From IMG/VR virus record IMGVR_UViG_3300009177_000720: a DNA stretch of 64,000 bases; one strand, written 5' to 3'. The notes under the pieces are model-generated. The model was given only the letters and a program-made list of their open reading frames with translations, was not told where the DNA came from and ran no database searches. Below are positions 18,016-26,706 of this stretch, piece after piece (within the stretch, counting starts at the first letter, position 1; each line of letters begins with the position of its first letter). The DNA comes from a virus. The translations under genes were made by a program, and so were the position numbers.

Positions 18016-19572
18016 TTACCCCCTAATACTCTTGACAATTTGCATTAACTGGATAGCTACACTTGGATCAGCTTTCTGAATGGTAGTAGCGTATCTCTTA
18101 ATGTAATTAGCCATTACTAATGGTGATTCATTTGCCATACTTTCAAGAGACTCATAAAATCTCTTGTGCATGTTAGCCTTAGATGTTTGACTCTCTCTCA
18201 TTACACGAGCCAAATTAGAACCACCCAATTCTTCAATTTCTCCGGCACTTGGAGGGGGCTCACTCATCATTGGGGCTGGAGCCAAATCGGTTGGATGGGA
18301 GTCTCTTGGAGCTACACCGGAGTGTTGAGATGGTGGTTGTGAAAGAGCTGGAGCAGGAGAAATTTCTGTATCTCTAATTGAGCCTTGTGGGAGAGAAGGC
18401 ATTCCACGCATTGTTGATGGTGGTTGAACACCAGCGGCAGGCATAGTTGGCTGATAAACCATCGGCATATCAGAAGGTGGTCCGGTACGAACAGTTTGTG
18501 GCGCACTTCCAGGAGGTAAAGTTTTGCGTTGAATTAAATCAAATGGAATGCTGCTGACTGGTTTATAACTTTGAGTTTTTGGATCCCATATTGCAGAGGA
18601 TGGTCCCTGATTTAGGGTCTTTGGCTTAGATGATGGTACATGCACAGTTCCATGACCCTCTTCAACTGTAGGTGGACCATTTAGATCTTTAATGGTATCT
18701 GGAGCGCCTGGAATGCTATCTGGAACACCATCTGGAGCTTTATCTACTGGAACCTCTTGAGAGCCAAGTTCCTTATTTTCTTTCTTGTCAGTCTTTTCAG
18801 TTGGAGAAATTAATTCAACCTTCTCTAAAAAGCCTTTGACATTGGCCGTGTAGTAATCGCGGAATGTCTTATCATATCCTTGGTAGGACTTAGTAATCTT
18901 GTCGGCGGCCTTGGTGTAAGCGTCGACATTACGAGTTGAACGAGCGGAAGCCATTTCCTTCAAAGCAGATAATACCTGTGCTAACAAGCCTTCTGAACGA
19001 GCTTGTAGCATAGCAGTATCTTTCTTAAGTTTACCAACTTGCTTTGGATATCTCTTTTCCCAAGCAGCAAGGGCGCGGCCCCTCTTGGTTCCAATATTAT
19101 AAAAGAAATCCATGATGCTTGCTTCTTTAACAAGAGCGGCATTAGATTCTTTAGCAAATCTAGTTTTTAAATCTTGAAGGTGTTGCTTCTTTTCTTCATC
19201 CAAATCTTTGAAAAGGAATTCATGATGGACCTTGTCAACATCAAAAGCTAATTTTCCAATTTCTTGAACTACGTCAAAAAGCTTCTTGTGGAAACGTCCT
19301 AACTCAGCAATAGCTGACATATATTCTCTTCTATTCAAATTTGACTTAGAAGATTTAAGGAGTTCTTTTAGAGAAACTGCATCGCTGCCAGGATCGCCCA
19401 TACCAATAGAATCGCCGGCAACAAGAGACCTAATTTGGTCGTCTTTTTCTCTAAGACTTTCCATGACCCTTTGAAATTCTGGATTAAAGAATTTTTCGGC
19501 AGCAATACCGCTAACATTGGTCATTTCTCTTAATTTATTGAGAACACTTCTTCTTTGGGCAATTTTCTGCAT
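18016..19572 (-). CDS. Hypothetical head-region protein with duplicated helical unit and Pro-rich linker
   Basis: MQKIAQ and LVKEAS each open a related helical unit; long Pro/Ser-rich tract. Confidence 0.6.
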   Translation of the reverse strand: MQKIAQRRSVLNKLREMTNVSGIAAEKFFNPEFQRVMESLREKDDQIRSLVAGDSIGMGDPGSDAVSLKELLKSSKSNLNRREYMSAIAELGRFHKKLFDVVQEIGKLAFDVDKVHHEFLFKDLDEEKKQHLQDLKTRFAKESNAALVKEASIMDFFYNIGTKRGRALAAWEKRYPKQVGKLKKDTAMLQARSEGLLAQVLSALKEMASARSTRNVDAYTKAADKITKSYQGYDKTFRDYYTANVKGFLEKVELISPTEKTDKKENKELGSQEVPVDKAPDGVPDSIPGAPDTIKDLNGPPTVEEGHGTVHVPSSKPKTLNQGPSSAIWDPKTQSYKPVSSIPFDLIQRKTLPPGSAPQTVRTGPPSDMPMVYQPTMPAAGVQPPSTMRGMPSLPQGSIRDTEISPAPALSQPPSQHSGVAPRDSHPTDLAPAPMMSEPPPSAGEIEELGGSNLARVMRESQTSKANMHKRFYESLESMANESPLVMANYIKRYATTIQKADPSVAIQLMQIVKSIRG

Positions 19573-19603
19573 GATAAACCCTTCGTTTATGAAAATCCGT
19601 AAA

Positions 19604-19618
19604 CTTATGCAGGATTAT
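19604..19618 (-). promoter_or_regulatory. Putative late promoter motif (ATAATCCTGCATAAG)
   Basis: Intergenic ATAW-N4-GCATA about 30 nt upstream of the 19572 start. Confidence 0.5.
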
Positions 19619-19642
19619 CCATAAGTATAGGTATTTATACTA

Positions 19643-21514
19643 TTAGGTTGGAGGTGGAGGAGGGGCTCCGCCTGCTGGTGGGCCGCCTTCCGGTGGTGGA
19701 GGAGGTGGTGGGGGCGCTCCGCCGCCACCGCCTGGAGGAGGTGCTCCTAAATCTAATCCTGGTAATCCGCCGCCTGGAGGAGGTGGTCCGCCGCCTGGAG
19801 CTTCTCCTGGTAATGGACCTTCACCACCACCTGGTTGACCTGGCTGTCCTTCTGGCTCTGGAATTTCATCTTCCTCATCCAAAGAACGAAGAGCATTCAA
19901 ATCCATGGCCTCAAGAGCAGCCTTTTCTTTCTTATTAATAGCAATTTGAATTGCTTCTTTGCGCATTTTACGGACTTCGTCTTCAAATTCTAATCCAAGA
20001 GAACGATACAAAGTATGCAAAGAGGCTCTTTTAGCTGCGTCTTCACCCTGGGTCAAAGTCACAAGACCGTTGATATAATCGCCAGCATCAAACAATGACA
20101 TGTGGTTCCAATCAATATCTGGAACGATCAATTGCTTTTCTCCACCCGAATAGTCGTAAAATCCTTGAATCTTAGAGATTGGGGCAAAAATCTTTCTTTT
20201 AAGCCAGGTTGACATCATGTTACGGAATTGCATGTAACGCTGTCTCAAAACGTCAAGAGCCACACCACCGTTCGCATAAGTAGTATCAGCACCCCCGTCC
20301 ATAAGAACAGGTGGAACTTGTAAGCCCACATAAATTTCTTTAATGATTTGAGTAATGTCACCAGAAATGTCATAGATGCCTTGGCCATATCCAACACGCT
20401 CAACAGCTACGCCGGCATGGGTAAAGATCTTAAAATCTTTATCATATTGAGCTTCCTCGAAAACGTTTCTCCAGGCTTCCAAGTCAGCGAAAGTTGGATG
20501 CAATCCATCAGGACCATCCGTACCAACCTTGACCAAAGTAAGCGGATTAATCATGTTGTCTGCTTGTGCGTACTTCGATTCACGCAACTTGTCGAAAAGC
20601 ATCAACTGACGGAAAATACAGACTGGCAGACCGGTTCCACGAATTTCGTAAGGGCTAATTCTACGGGCCAAATGAGAAACATGGAAATTGTCAAGCGGGA
20701 TATTTTCGCCACGCTTAACAGAATCAATGATGTGATTGTTGAGTTGCTTGCGTTGTTCAATATCAGTTGGTCTATTGGAGAAAACAATCTTCTTCAAGTT
20801 TTCGTCAGGACGTAACATGATGATTGGTTCGTTGGCAACAACAGTACGCTTAACAATCATGTAGTCTGGGTTTTGAATAAGAATCCTGCTCCATTTACCA
20901 CGGCTTTCATCAAGCTCAGCATAAACGAATGATTCACCAAGAAGCCAATACTCTTGGGCAATTTGGACACAAATATTCATCAAATCAATTTCTTCAATCA
21001 TGTCATTGAAGAATTTTTCGATGTCTTTGTTAGGACATTTGATATTTAATTTGCTAATTGGGTAAGTACTGTGTAAGTTAATTGCGTTGTGAACGAAAGG
21101 GTTCAAAGCATAAAAACTACGGCACCAAGCGTTGATAGTAGCTCTATCACGTGGAAGGTTAAGGTTGGAATTTAACCAAAGAGGAGAATAAACTTCTGGT
21201 GTCTGCTTGACGGTATCGCCACTGCCACCACGAAAATTACCACCGCCACCACTGCTAACGACTTGAGCAAATTTATGAACACCGACAGAAGAAACTACGC
21301 GACCATTAGCGGTAGCAGCATTCTCTTTGTTGGAAGGTCCAGAGCCGTCTCTGAATAATCCTTCTTCTACTTCACCGGCAATACCCTGCCTTCTAATATC
21401 TGACACACTACGAGACATTAGAGAGCTAACTTGTGGTAAAGTCGATCTATTTCCCAAGTATTGTTCAGAGTTGGAGGGTCCTACCCATGTTTTCTGAGTC
21501 TTATTGATAGCCAT
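19643..21514 (-). CDS. Portal protein
   Basis: Adjacent to terminase; WCRSFYALNPFVHNAINLHSTYP, YWLLGESFVY, HLARRISPYEIRGTG, GLQVPPVLM pattern of phage portals; Pro/Gly tail. Confidence 0.8.
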   Translation of the reverse strand: MAINKTQKTWVGPSNSEQYLGNRSTLPQVSSLMSRSVSDIRRQGIAGEVEEGLFRDGSGPSNKENAATANGRVVSSVGVHKFAQVVSSGGGGNFRGGSGDTVKQTPEVYSPLWLNSNLNLPRDRATINAWCRSFYALNPFVHNAINLHSTYPISKLNIKCPNKDIEKFFNDMIEEIDLMNICVQIAQEYWLLGESFVYAELDESRGKWSRILIQNPDYMIVKRTVVANEPIIMLRPDENLKKIVFSNRPTDIEQRKQLNNHIIDSVKRGENIPLDNFHVSHLARRISPYEIRGTGLPVCIFRQLMLFDKLRESKYAQADNMINPLTLVKVGTDGPDGLHPTFADLEAWRNVFEEAQYDKDFKIFTHAGVAVERVGYGQGIYDISGDITQIIKEIYVGLQVPPVLMDGGADTTYANGGVALDVLRQRYMQFRNMMSTWLKRKIFAPISKIQGFYDYSGGEKQLIVPDIDWNHMSLFDAGDYINGLVTLTQGEDAAKRASLHTLYRSLGLEFEDEVRKMRKEAIQIAINKKEKAALEAMDLNALRSLDEEDEIPEPEGQPGQPGGGEGPLPGEAPGGGPPPPGGGLPGLDLGAPPPGGGGGAPPPPPPPPEGGPPAGGAPPPPPT

Positions 21515-21557
21515 GAATCCTCATTTATTTCCACACCCTATACTATACTTAACTAAT

Positions 21558-21566
21558 AATATATCA
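21558..21566 (-). promoter_or_regulatory. Putative promoter motif TGATATATT (extended -10-like)
   Basis: Same motif upstream of genes at 33719, 36383, 42316, 49320, 56326, 58088. Confidence 0.5.
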
Positions 21567-21591
21567 GATATTTATGTATTTATGGGCTTGG

Positions 21592-23484
21592 TTAAAACTT
21601 ACGAGGGATAAAGGCGGTCGTAACCAGTGGTTTATTACGTTGTGCGAAACTCTGCTGCTGAAGAATTGGATTATTATTAGTGAAACCCCTTGTAATGATG
21701 AACTTATATGCCAAATAGGCATTCAATAAAGCCATAAAACCGTCGTTAGGGGTACTACCCTTGACATAATGAATGGTTGGGTCAGCTCCCATCCTAGAAA
21801 TGGATGGCTTAATTTCCATGCTACAACAATGGTCAATCAGCCAAGCAACCTTTTCATAATCTCCAAAAGGAAATTTAATCATTCCCTTTTTCATTTGATC
21901 ATATAGCTCACCAATGTAAAAGTCTCTTTCAAAAACTAATTCTTTAGGAAAAGCATCCGCTGAGAACTTAATATGATCATTAACCTTATTATGAGCGCGG
22001 GAAACTAAATACTTATCGCCATAAATATTATGCAACATTGCAGAGAAGTCATTAGAATAACCAATGTCTCCAATTGCTAATTGAACACTGTATTGTCGCA
22101 TTATTTGATCAATAAGACCCTTTTTGCTTTCCATGTCATTTCTTTTGAACTTGGTAGCAAACTCAATATTTAATAAATTTGGTCCTTTGGCAGATAAGAC
22201 TACGGCCGTACTATAAGACTGTCCTGCCGCTCGTATCTTATCCGGGTTCGCTAATTGCTCTAAGTCTGCCCTAGCACCATAGTCGATTCCTAGTACCACT
22301 ATTTGCGGATTAATACTATTTCTTACTGGAACAATACGGGCCGCAAACTTCCTGTCGTCTCTGCAAAATTCTTTAATTTCTTCTGGAGTAATAGGGCTAG
22401 AATCACCTTGGAAAAATTCTCCCAAGACTTCGTTCATGAATACACGCTCGGTGTTGATTGGATGTTTACCAGGCATTTCATTATCAATGTCCTCTCTGGT
22501 AAACATTGGCATGTAAAGCTGATTAATATGAAAACCAACCATCTGGCAATCTTCATCATCTGGATCTTTAAGAGCGACCCACTTGCCACGTTCGGCGGCC
22601 TCTAGTTTGTTTTGTTCGTGTCCGCAGTGAGGGCACTTGACAATGAATCCGTGAATCCAAATCTTCTTCCAATCATCTGATCCTGGAGTATAAAGTGGGA
22701 AATGTTTATCACAACCCTCACAACCAAGATAATAGTATTGTTGGGAAGAAGTCTGCCACATCTTGTGAAAGTCAGATCCCTTGCGTCTTGGAGTTCCAAA
22801 ATAAACTTGTACTCCCTTGGATGGTCTACCATACTTGGCAGTGGTTAGAATCTTTAATGCGTTTCCAATGGCTTGACCGGTGGTCTTCTGAACTTCGTCA
22901 AAGAAAAGAATATCAGCAGTACGACCCATGATTCTGTCAGCGTCTAAACCAGTTGACTCAACCCATAAATGGTTTCCACCTTGGAACTGTTTAAAGTGCA
23001 AGGAGTCATTGGTTGCGGTTGATTGATCAAGCAAAGTCTGCATGTAAGACTTTGGTTTAGCGGCAGTCTTTTTATCCGTCTCTTGTCCCATCTGAACTGA
23101 TGATGAGATGATTTGGTTTAACTTGGTCTTAGAATAAGCAGCAGCCAATTCCAATTGAGGAAAGGCATGAATGATTCTAATTGGTGGCTTTTCACTTGTT
23201 CCAAATAATCCGCAGCCCATGAAATACATTTCAAGGGCGCTGGCCATGGTAGTGGCGCCGACCTGACGGCCTTTAACGATAATGAGCGGCTTAGAAGTTG
23301 GTTCTAGAGCTTTAATACCAATGTATCTGTAAATGTCGGCGAAAGGTTTATACCCATTGCCTCTTAACCTAAATGGCTTTCCATCAAGTGTTAAATACGT
23401 TTCGCAAAAATAAACTGGATCAAGATTCAGTAAATCTTTCTTTAATTTGTTAAATAGGTCTTTATCATTACTGCTAGCGGGCAC
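21592..23484 (-). CDS. Terminase large subunit (GpA-like)
   Basis: Walker A KGRQVGATT, Walker B ILFFDEVQ, GTP coupling motif, CEGC...CPHC zinc ribbon, GFHINQL, nuclease GIDYG and NDGFMA. Confidence 0.9.
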   Translation of the reverse strand: MPASSNDKDLFNKLKKDLLNLDPVYFCETYLTLDGKPFRLRGNGYKPFADIYRYIGIKALEPTSKPLIIVKGRQVGATTMASALEMYFMGCGLFGTSEKPPIRIIHAFPQLELAAAYSKTKLNQIISSSVQMGQETDKKTAAKPKSYMQTLLDQSTATNDSLHFKQFQGGNHLWVESTGLDADRIMGRTADILFFDEVQKTTGQAIGNALKILTTAKYGRPSKGVQVYFGTPRRKGSDFHKMWQTSSQQYYYLGCEGCDKHFPLYTPGSDDWKKIWIHGFIVKCPHCGHEQNKLEAAERGKWVALKDPDDEDCQMVGFHINQLYMPMFTREDIDNEMPGKHPINTERVFMNEVLGEFFQGDSSPITPEEIKEFCRDDRKFAARIVPVRNSINPQIVVLGIDYGARADLEQLANPDKIRAAGQSYSTAVVLSAKGPNLLNIEFATKFKRNDMESKKGLIDQIMRQYSVQLAIGDIGYSNDFSAMLHNIYGDKYLVSRAHNKVNDHIKFSADAFPKELVFERDFYIGELYDQMKKGMIKFPFGDYEKVAWLIDHCCSMEIKPSISRMGADPTIHYVKGSTPNDGFMALLNAYLAYKFIITRGFTNNNPILQQQSFAQRNKPLVTTAFIPRKF

Positions 23485-23493
23485 AGAATCCCC

Positions 23494-24144
23494 TTATTGT
23501 TTAACGGGAGTCAGAGCATAAAACGCATCGGTATTGGAAGGATCGATTTCAGAATCTGCTCCAGTATCGCGTGTACCTAGATTGGTATTCTGATCATAGC
23601 TATTTGGATTATCTACTTTAGCTTTTAGATTAAGTTTACTAACTAAACGAATCAATTTTTCATCATCCCAATCCTTGGCATCAGAAACGTCGGATTGATG
23701 AATCGATCTAATCTTTTCAATGATGGCTGGAACCGGTAGATTGCCCTTGGTATCCCTAATATAATTCTCCAAAGTCTTAGCAATTGGAGGGAACTTCTTC
23801 ATTACAACTGGAGTCATTTCTATTTTCTTATCAATGACCTGTTGCTCATCAGCAGAAGCTACTTTTTTAGCTGGAGCTTTTACATCAGAAGATCCGCTAA
23901 CTTTATCTAAGTAAGCGGTTAACCCGCTTCTTTCTTTCATGTCTTGAACGGCTGCATCAACAGAAGGAAATTTAGATTTACCATTCATGATGGAATTAAT
24001 CTGATCAAACAAGGACGCTTGTTGTCTTGGTTGGACCGCTCCCTTTTGCAAGTTCTTTTGAAACTGCTTGAGCCAGTGATCTTCTCCAATTGGTTCGTCG
24101 GCCTGTCTTGCAATCACAGGCTGGTGTCTGATGTATTTAGACAT
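23494..24144 (-). CDS. Hypothetical protein
   Basis: 216 aa ORF in operon; KKVAS motif. Confidence 0.6.
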   Translation of the reverse strand: MSKYIRHQPVIARQADEPIGEDHWLKQFQKNLQKGAVQPRQQASLFDQINSIMNGKSKFPSVDAAVQDMKERSGLTAYLDKVSGSSDVKAPAKKVASADEQQVIDKKIEMTPVVMKKFPPIAKTLENYIRDTKGNLPVPAIIEKIRSIHQSDVSDAKDWDDEKLIRLVSKLNLKAKVDNPNSYDQNTNLGTRDTGADSEIDPSNTDAFYALTPVKQ

Positions 24145-24145
24145 G

Positions 24146-25075
24146 TTATCCCTTGTAGTTTGCTGCCCAGTCCATATTGTCGCTAGAAGCTACATCTACG
24201 TCTTGGTCTGGCATGAATCCTCTGTCTTGCTTGACAGCATAGCCCATGTCAGCTAGTAGTTGCATAACTTCAGCTTGCTCACGATCATTTAGTTTATAGA
24301 ACTTAACTTGTCTTGCGTACAAGTCTTCGATATCATGTCCGCCAGAAACCATGCCGTTAATACAGACTCTGGCAACTCTGGAAATCAAAAGAGGAACAGT
24401 AACGAACACACCTTGAACGCCAGTAATCTTCTGAGCTTCTTTAACTAGTCCTTCAGAGAATTCTGCCTTCTTCTTGCGGCTCTTTTTCTTGCTGCTCTTA
24501 ACTTTATCAAGACGGTCATGCAAGCGCTCAATACCGTTATCAATGATGGAACGAACTTTTTCAATTTGATTGGCATCTAACTCACCATCGATGTCATTTC
24601 TCATGGCCTTGGAAACTTCGTTGTCTAATCTTTCAAGATAAGCAACTGCTCTCTCAAGTCCTGCGGTGTCATAACCAGAGTGCTTTGGAACGTCATCACA
24701 ACGCTCTTTAACCCATGCAATAAATCCGGTTGGACCACGCTTGGACCAATCCCATTTTTCATTCTTAGCGGCCTTAGCTGGGTCTTCATCCATGGCCTTG
24801 CTTTTATCTTCTTCAGGTTCAGATACTTCAAGAACAGGCTCTGGGTCTTCGGTTCCTGGAGGGGCGCCTGGAAGATCCATTACAATTTCTAATTCTACTG
24901 GGTGATCGGTAACTTCTACTGGAGAAAAGTCTTCTTCGTGGTGGTGATGACCGCCATGTTCTTCTGGCGAATCAACTACTTCCAAGGGGACCAATTCCAT
25001 TCCGCCACCACCCATTGGGGCGCCCATAGAAGGGTCGACAACTATTAGTTCTTGTGCTGTTGACTGTAATGACAT
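24146..25075 (-). CDS. Hypothetical head-region protein
   Basis: 309 aa; acidic/His N-terminus; LVKEAQ; GAGGT RBS. Confidence 0.6.
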   Translation of the reverse strand: MSLQSTAQELIVVDPSMGAPMGGGGMELVPLEVVDSPEEHGGHHHHEEDFSPVEVTDHPVELEIVMDLPGAPPGTEDPEPVLEVSEPEEDKSKAMDEDPAKAAKNEKWDWSKRGPTGFIAWVKERCDDVPKHSGYDTAGLERAVAYLERLDNEVSKAMRNDIDGELDANQIEKVRSIIDNGIERLHDRLDKVKSSKKKSRKKKAEFSEGLVKEAQKITGVQGVFVTVPLLISRVARVCINGMVSGGHDIEDLYARQVKFYKLNDREQAEVMQLLADMGYAVKQDRGFMPDQDVDVASSDNMDWAANYKG

Positions 25076-25105
25076 TTAGGTACCTCTAGAGTGCTTTTTC
25101 ACACA

Positions 25106-25130
25106 TGTATGCATTTATATGTAGTAATAT
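25106..25130 (-). promoter_or_regulatory. Tandem putative late promoter motifs (ATATTACTACATA / ATATAAATGCATA)
   Basis: Two overlapping ATAW-N4-RCATA copies upstream of the 25075 start. Confidence 0.45.
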
Positions 25131-25138
25131 CCGCAGTT

Positions 25139-26698
25139 TTAAATATTCCATTTATCTTCATAGATGAGACTTTCCGGTCCCAAAGTTCCATAATCTGGAT
25201 TCATTTCATCAATTATGGTATCTTCTTCTTCCGAATGGTTAAACCCATCTGGCAAGCCGTATAAATCTGAATCTTGTTCATGAGATAAGTATTTATCCAT
25301 TATTTGGCTTAATAATTCTTCATCTACCGAATCACCATCTTCCTCATAGTCGCGGCCATAATTTAAGGTAGTTGGTGGTTTACCCTCAAAGTCAGGGTAG
25401 AATAGGGGAGGCTCGCCTCCACCAATTTCGGTGGCGTGCATAAAACTGGAGTTATCTCCTAGATTTGGGAATCCAGGGAAAGTACTCATATCACCAGGTT
25501 CACCTTCAGGTCCAAGCATAAAAAGCCTCTGAAAAGAAGCGTCGTCATGCTCAGGAGGAAGGGTCTCAATTTCATCATCTATTGGAAAATCAATAGCAGT
25601 TTTCATAATTTGCGAAATTAATTCGGCACGTGCTTTGATTTGAGGATTTTTCTTGGTAATTTCCCCACTGTCCTCAATCCAGGAATCATCAGCCTTGTAC
25701 TTGTCCTTCATCTTCTTGCGCTTGGCCTTTAGAAATTCAGAGACGCTTTTATACTTTTCCATGGAGTGCCAACCGGCTCCGGGGCCGATGTGCTCGAATC
25801 CAGGGATGTCGTAAAGGTCGTAATTACGATAGAAGGGTTCCTTGAAGCGCGTTTGATTGACAATGGCTGGGTCAGACTTGTATTTTTTCTTTTTAGGAGC
25901 TGGCTCATTAACACCACCCCCGCCTTGGAAATAAGCCTGCTTTGGCATCCCCTTAGCTTTCATATAGTATGGTTGAACTACTTCGGTAATTGGAATCTCT
26001 TCCCATAAATTCATTTTGCTAATATAGAAAGCGGCCTTATCAGCATCACGATTAAATGCTTCATTCAATTTTTCAGTCATTGCTTTTTCACTAGCAATTT
26101 TAACTGAAGATGGATTTCTAGTAACGTAATCAATGATACTTTGATCAATATCAAAATCTAATTTGGAAGCTAAATAAATAGCTCTAATTACTCTATTCTT
26201 GTTAGAAGTTAAAGTAATTTCTGGAGACAAACAAGTTTTGATTTTTCTTTCCTTAATATCTTGAAAGCCTTTGTGAGTTGGATCTATTAGATTTTTAAGA
26301 TCTAAAGACAATAGTAGAGCGTTACAGGTAAAATCCCTGCTAAACATCTCTTTTTGCATCTCAGTTGGGCGAGCAATTCCTTGCTTAGCAAGAATGGCAT
26401 CAATATTTGGTACATTAAAATTGGAAGAAAAGTCCATTTTAAATGAACCAATGTAAATGGAACTATGACCATCATCATGATCTCTTCTAGTTACATTGTA
26501 TTTTTTGCCTAAAATAGTGCCGAATTCTGAAGATAAATATCCAACTGTCTTGTCACCAGTTGTAATGTCTAAATCCGAAATATTCTCCAAGTGCTTGAGA
26601 TAGCGATCTCTAGGCGTACCACCGCAGATATAGGCTTCAGATGAGCCTATTTTCTTTTGGGTATCCTGCATTTGTTGGAGAAGTTCTCGAAGTTTCAT
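25139..26698 (-). CDS. Class II (CCA-adding/poly(A) polymerase family) nucleotidyltransferase with long acidic C-terminal extension
   Basis: YICGGTPRD, DLDITT (catalytic DxD), SRDFTCNAL, IDPTHKGFQDI, NRVIRAI; extension begins with a scaffold-like peptide. Confidence 0.85.
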   Translation of the reverse strand: MKLRELLQQMQDTQKKIGSSEAYICGGTPRDRYLKHLENISDLDITTGDKTVGYLSSEFGTILGKKYNVTRRDHDDGHSSIYIGSFKMDFSSNFNVPNIDAILAKQGIARPTEMQKEMFSRDFTCNALLLSLDLKNLIDPTHKGFQDIKERKIKTCLSPEITLTSNKNRVIRAIYLASKLDFDIDQSIIDYVTRNPSSVKIASEKAMTEKLNEAFNRDADKAAFYISKMNLWEEIPITEVVQPYYMKAKGMPKQAYFQGGGGVNEPAPKKKKYKSDPAIVNQTRFKEPFYRNYDLYDIPGFEHIGPGAGWHSMEKYKSVSEFLKAKRKKMKDKYKADDSWIEDSGEITKKNPQIKARAELISQIMKTAIDFPIDDEIETLPPEHDDASFQRLFMLGPEGEPGDMSTFPGFPNLGDNSSFMHATEIGGGEPPLFYPDFEGKPPTTLNYGRDYEEDGDSVDEELLSQIMDKYLSHEQDSDLYGLPDGFNHSEEEDTIIDEMNPDYGTLGPESLIYEDKWNI

Positions 26699-26706
26699 TC
26701 ATTTGT

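Noticed and set aside
19643-19850. GC-rich repetitive tract as a possible DNA repeat element or foreign insert
   Set aside because: Explained by Pro/Gly codons of the portal C-terminal tail.
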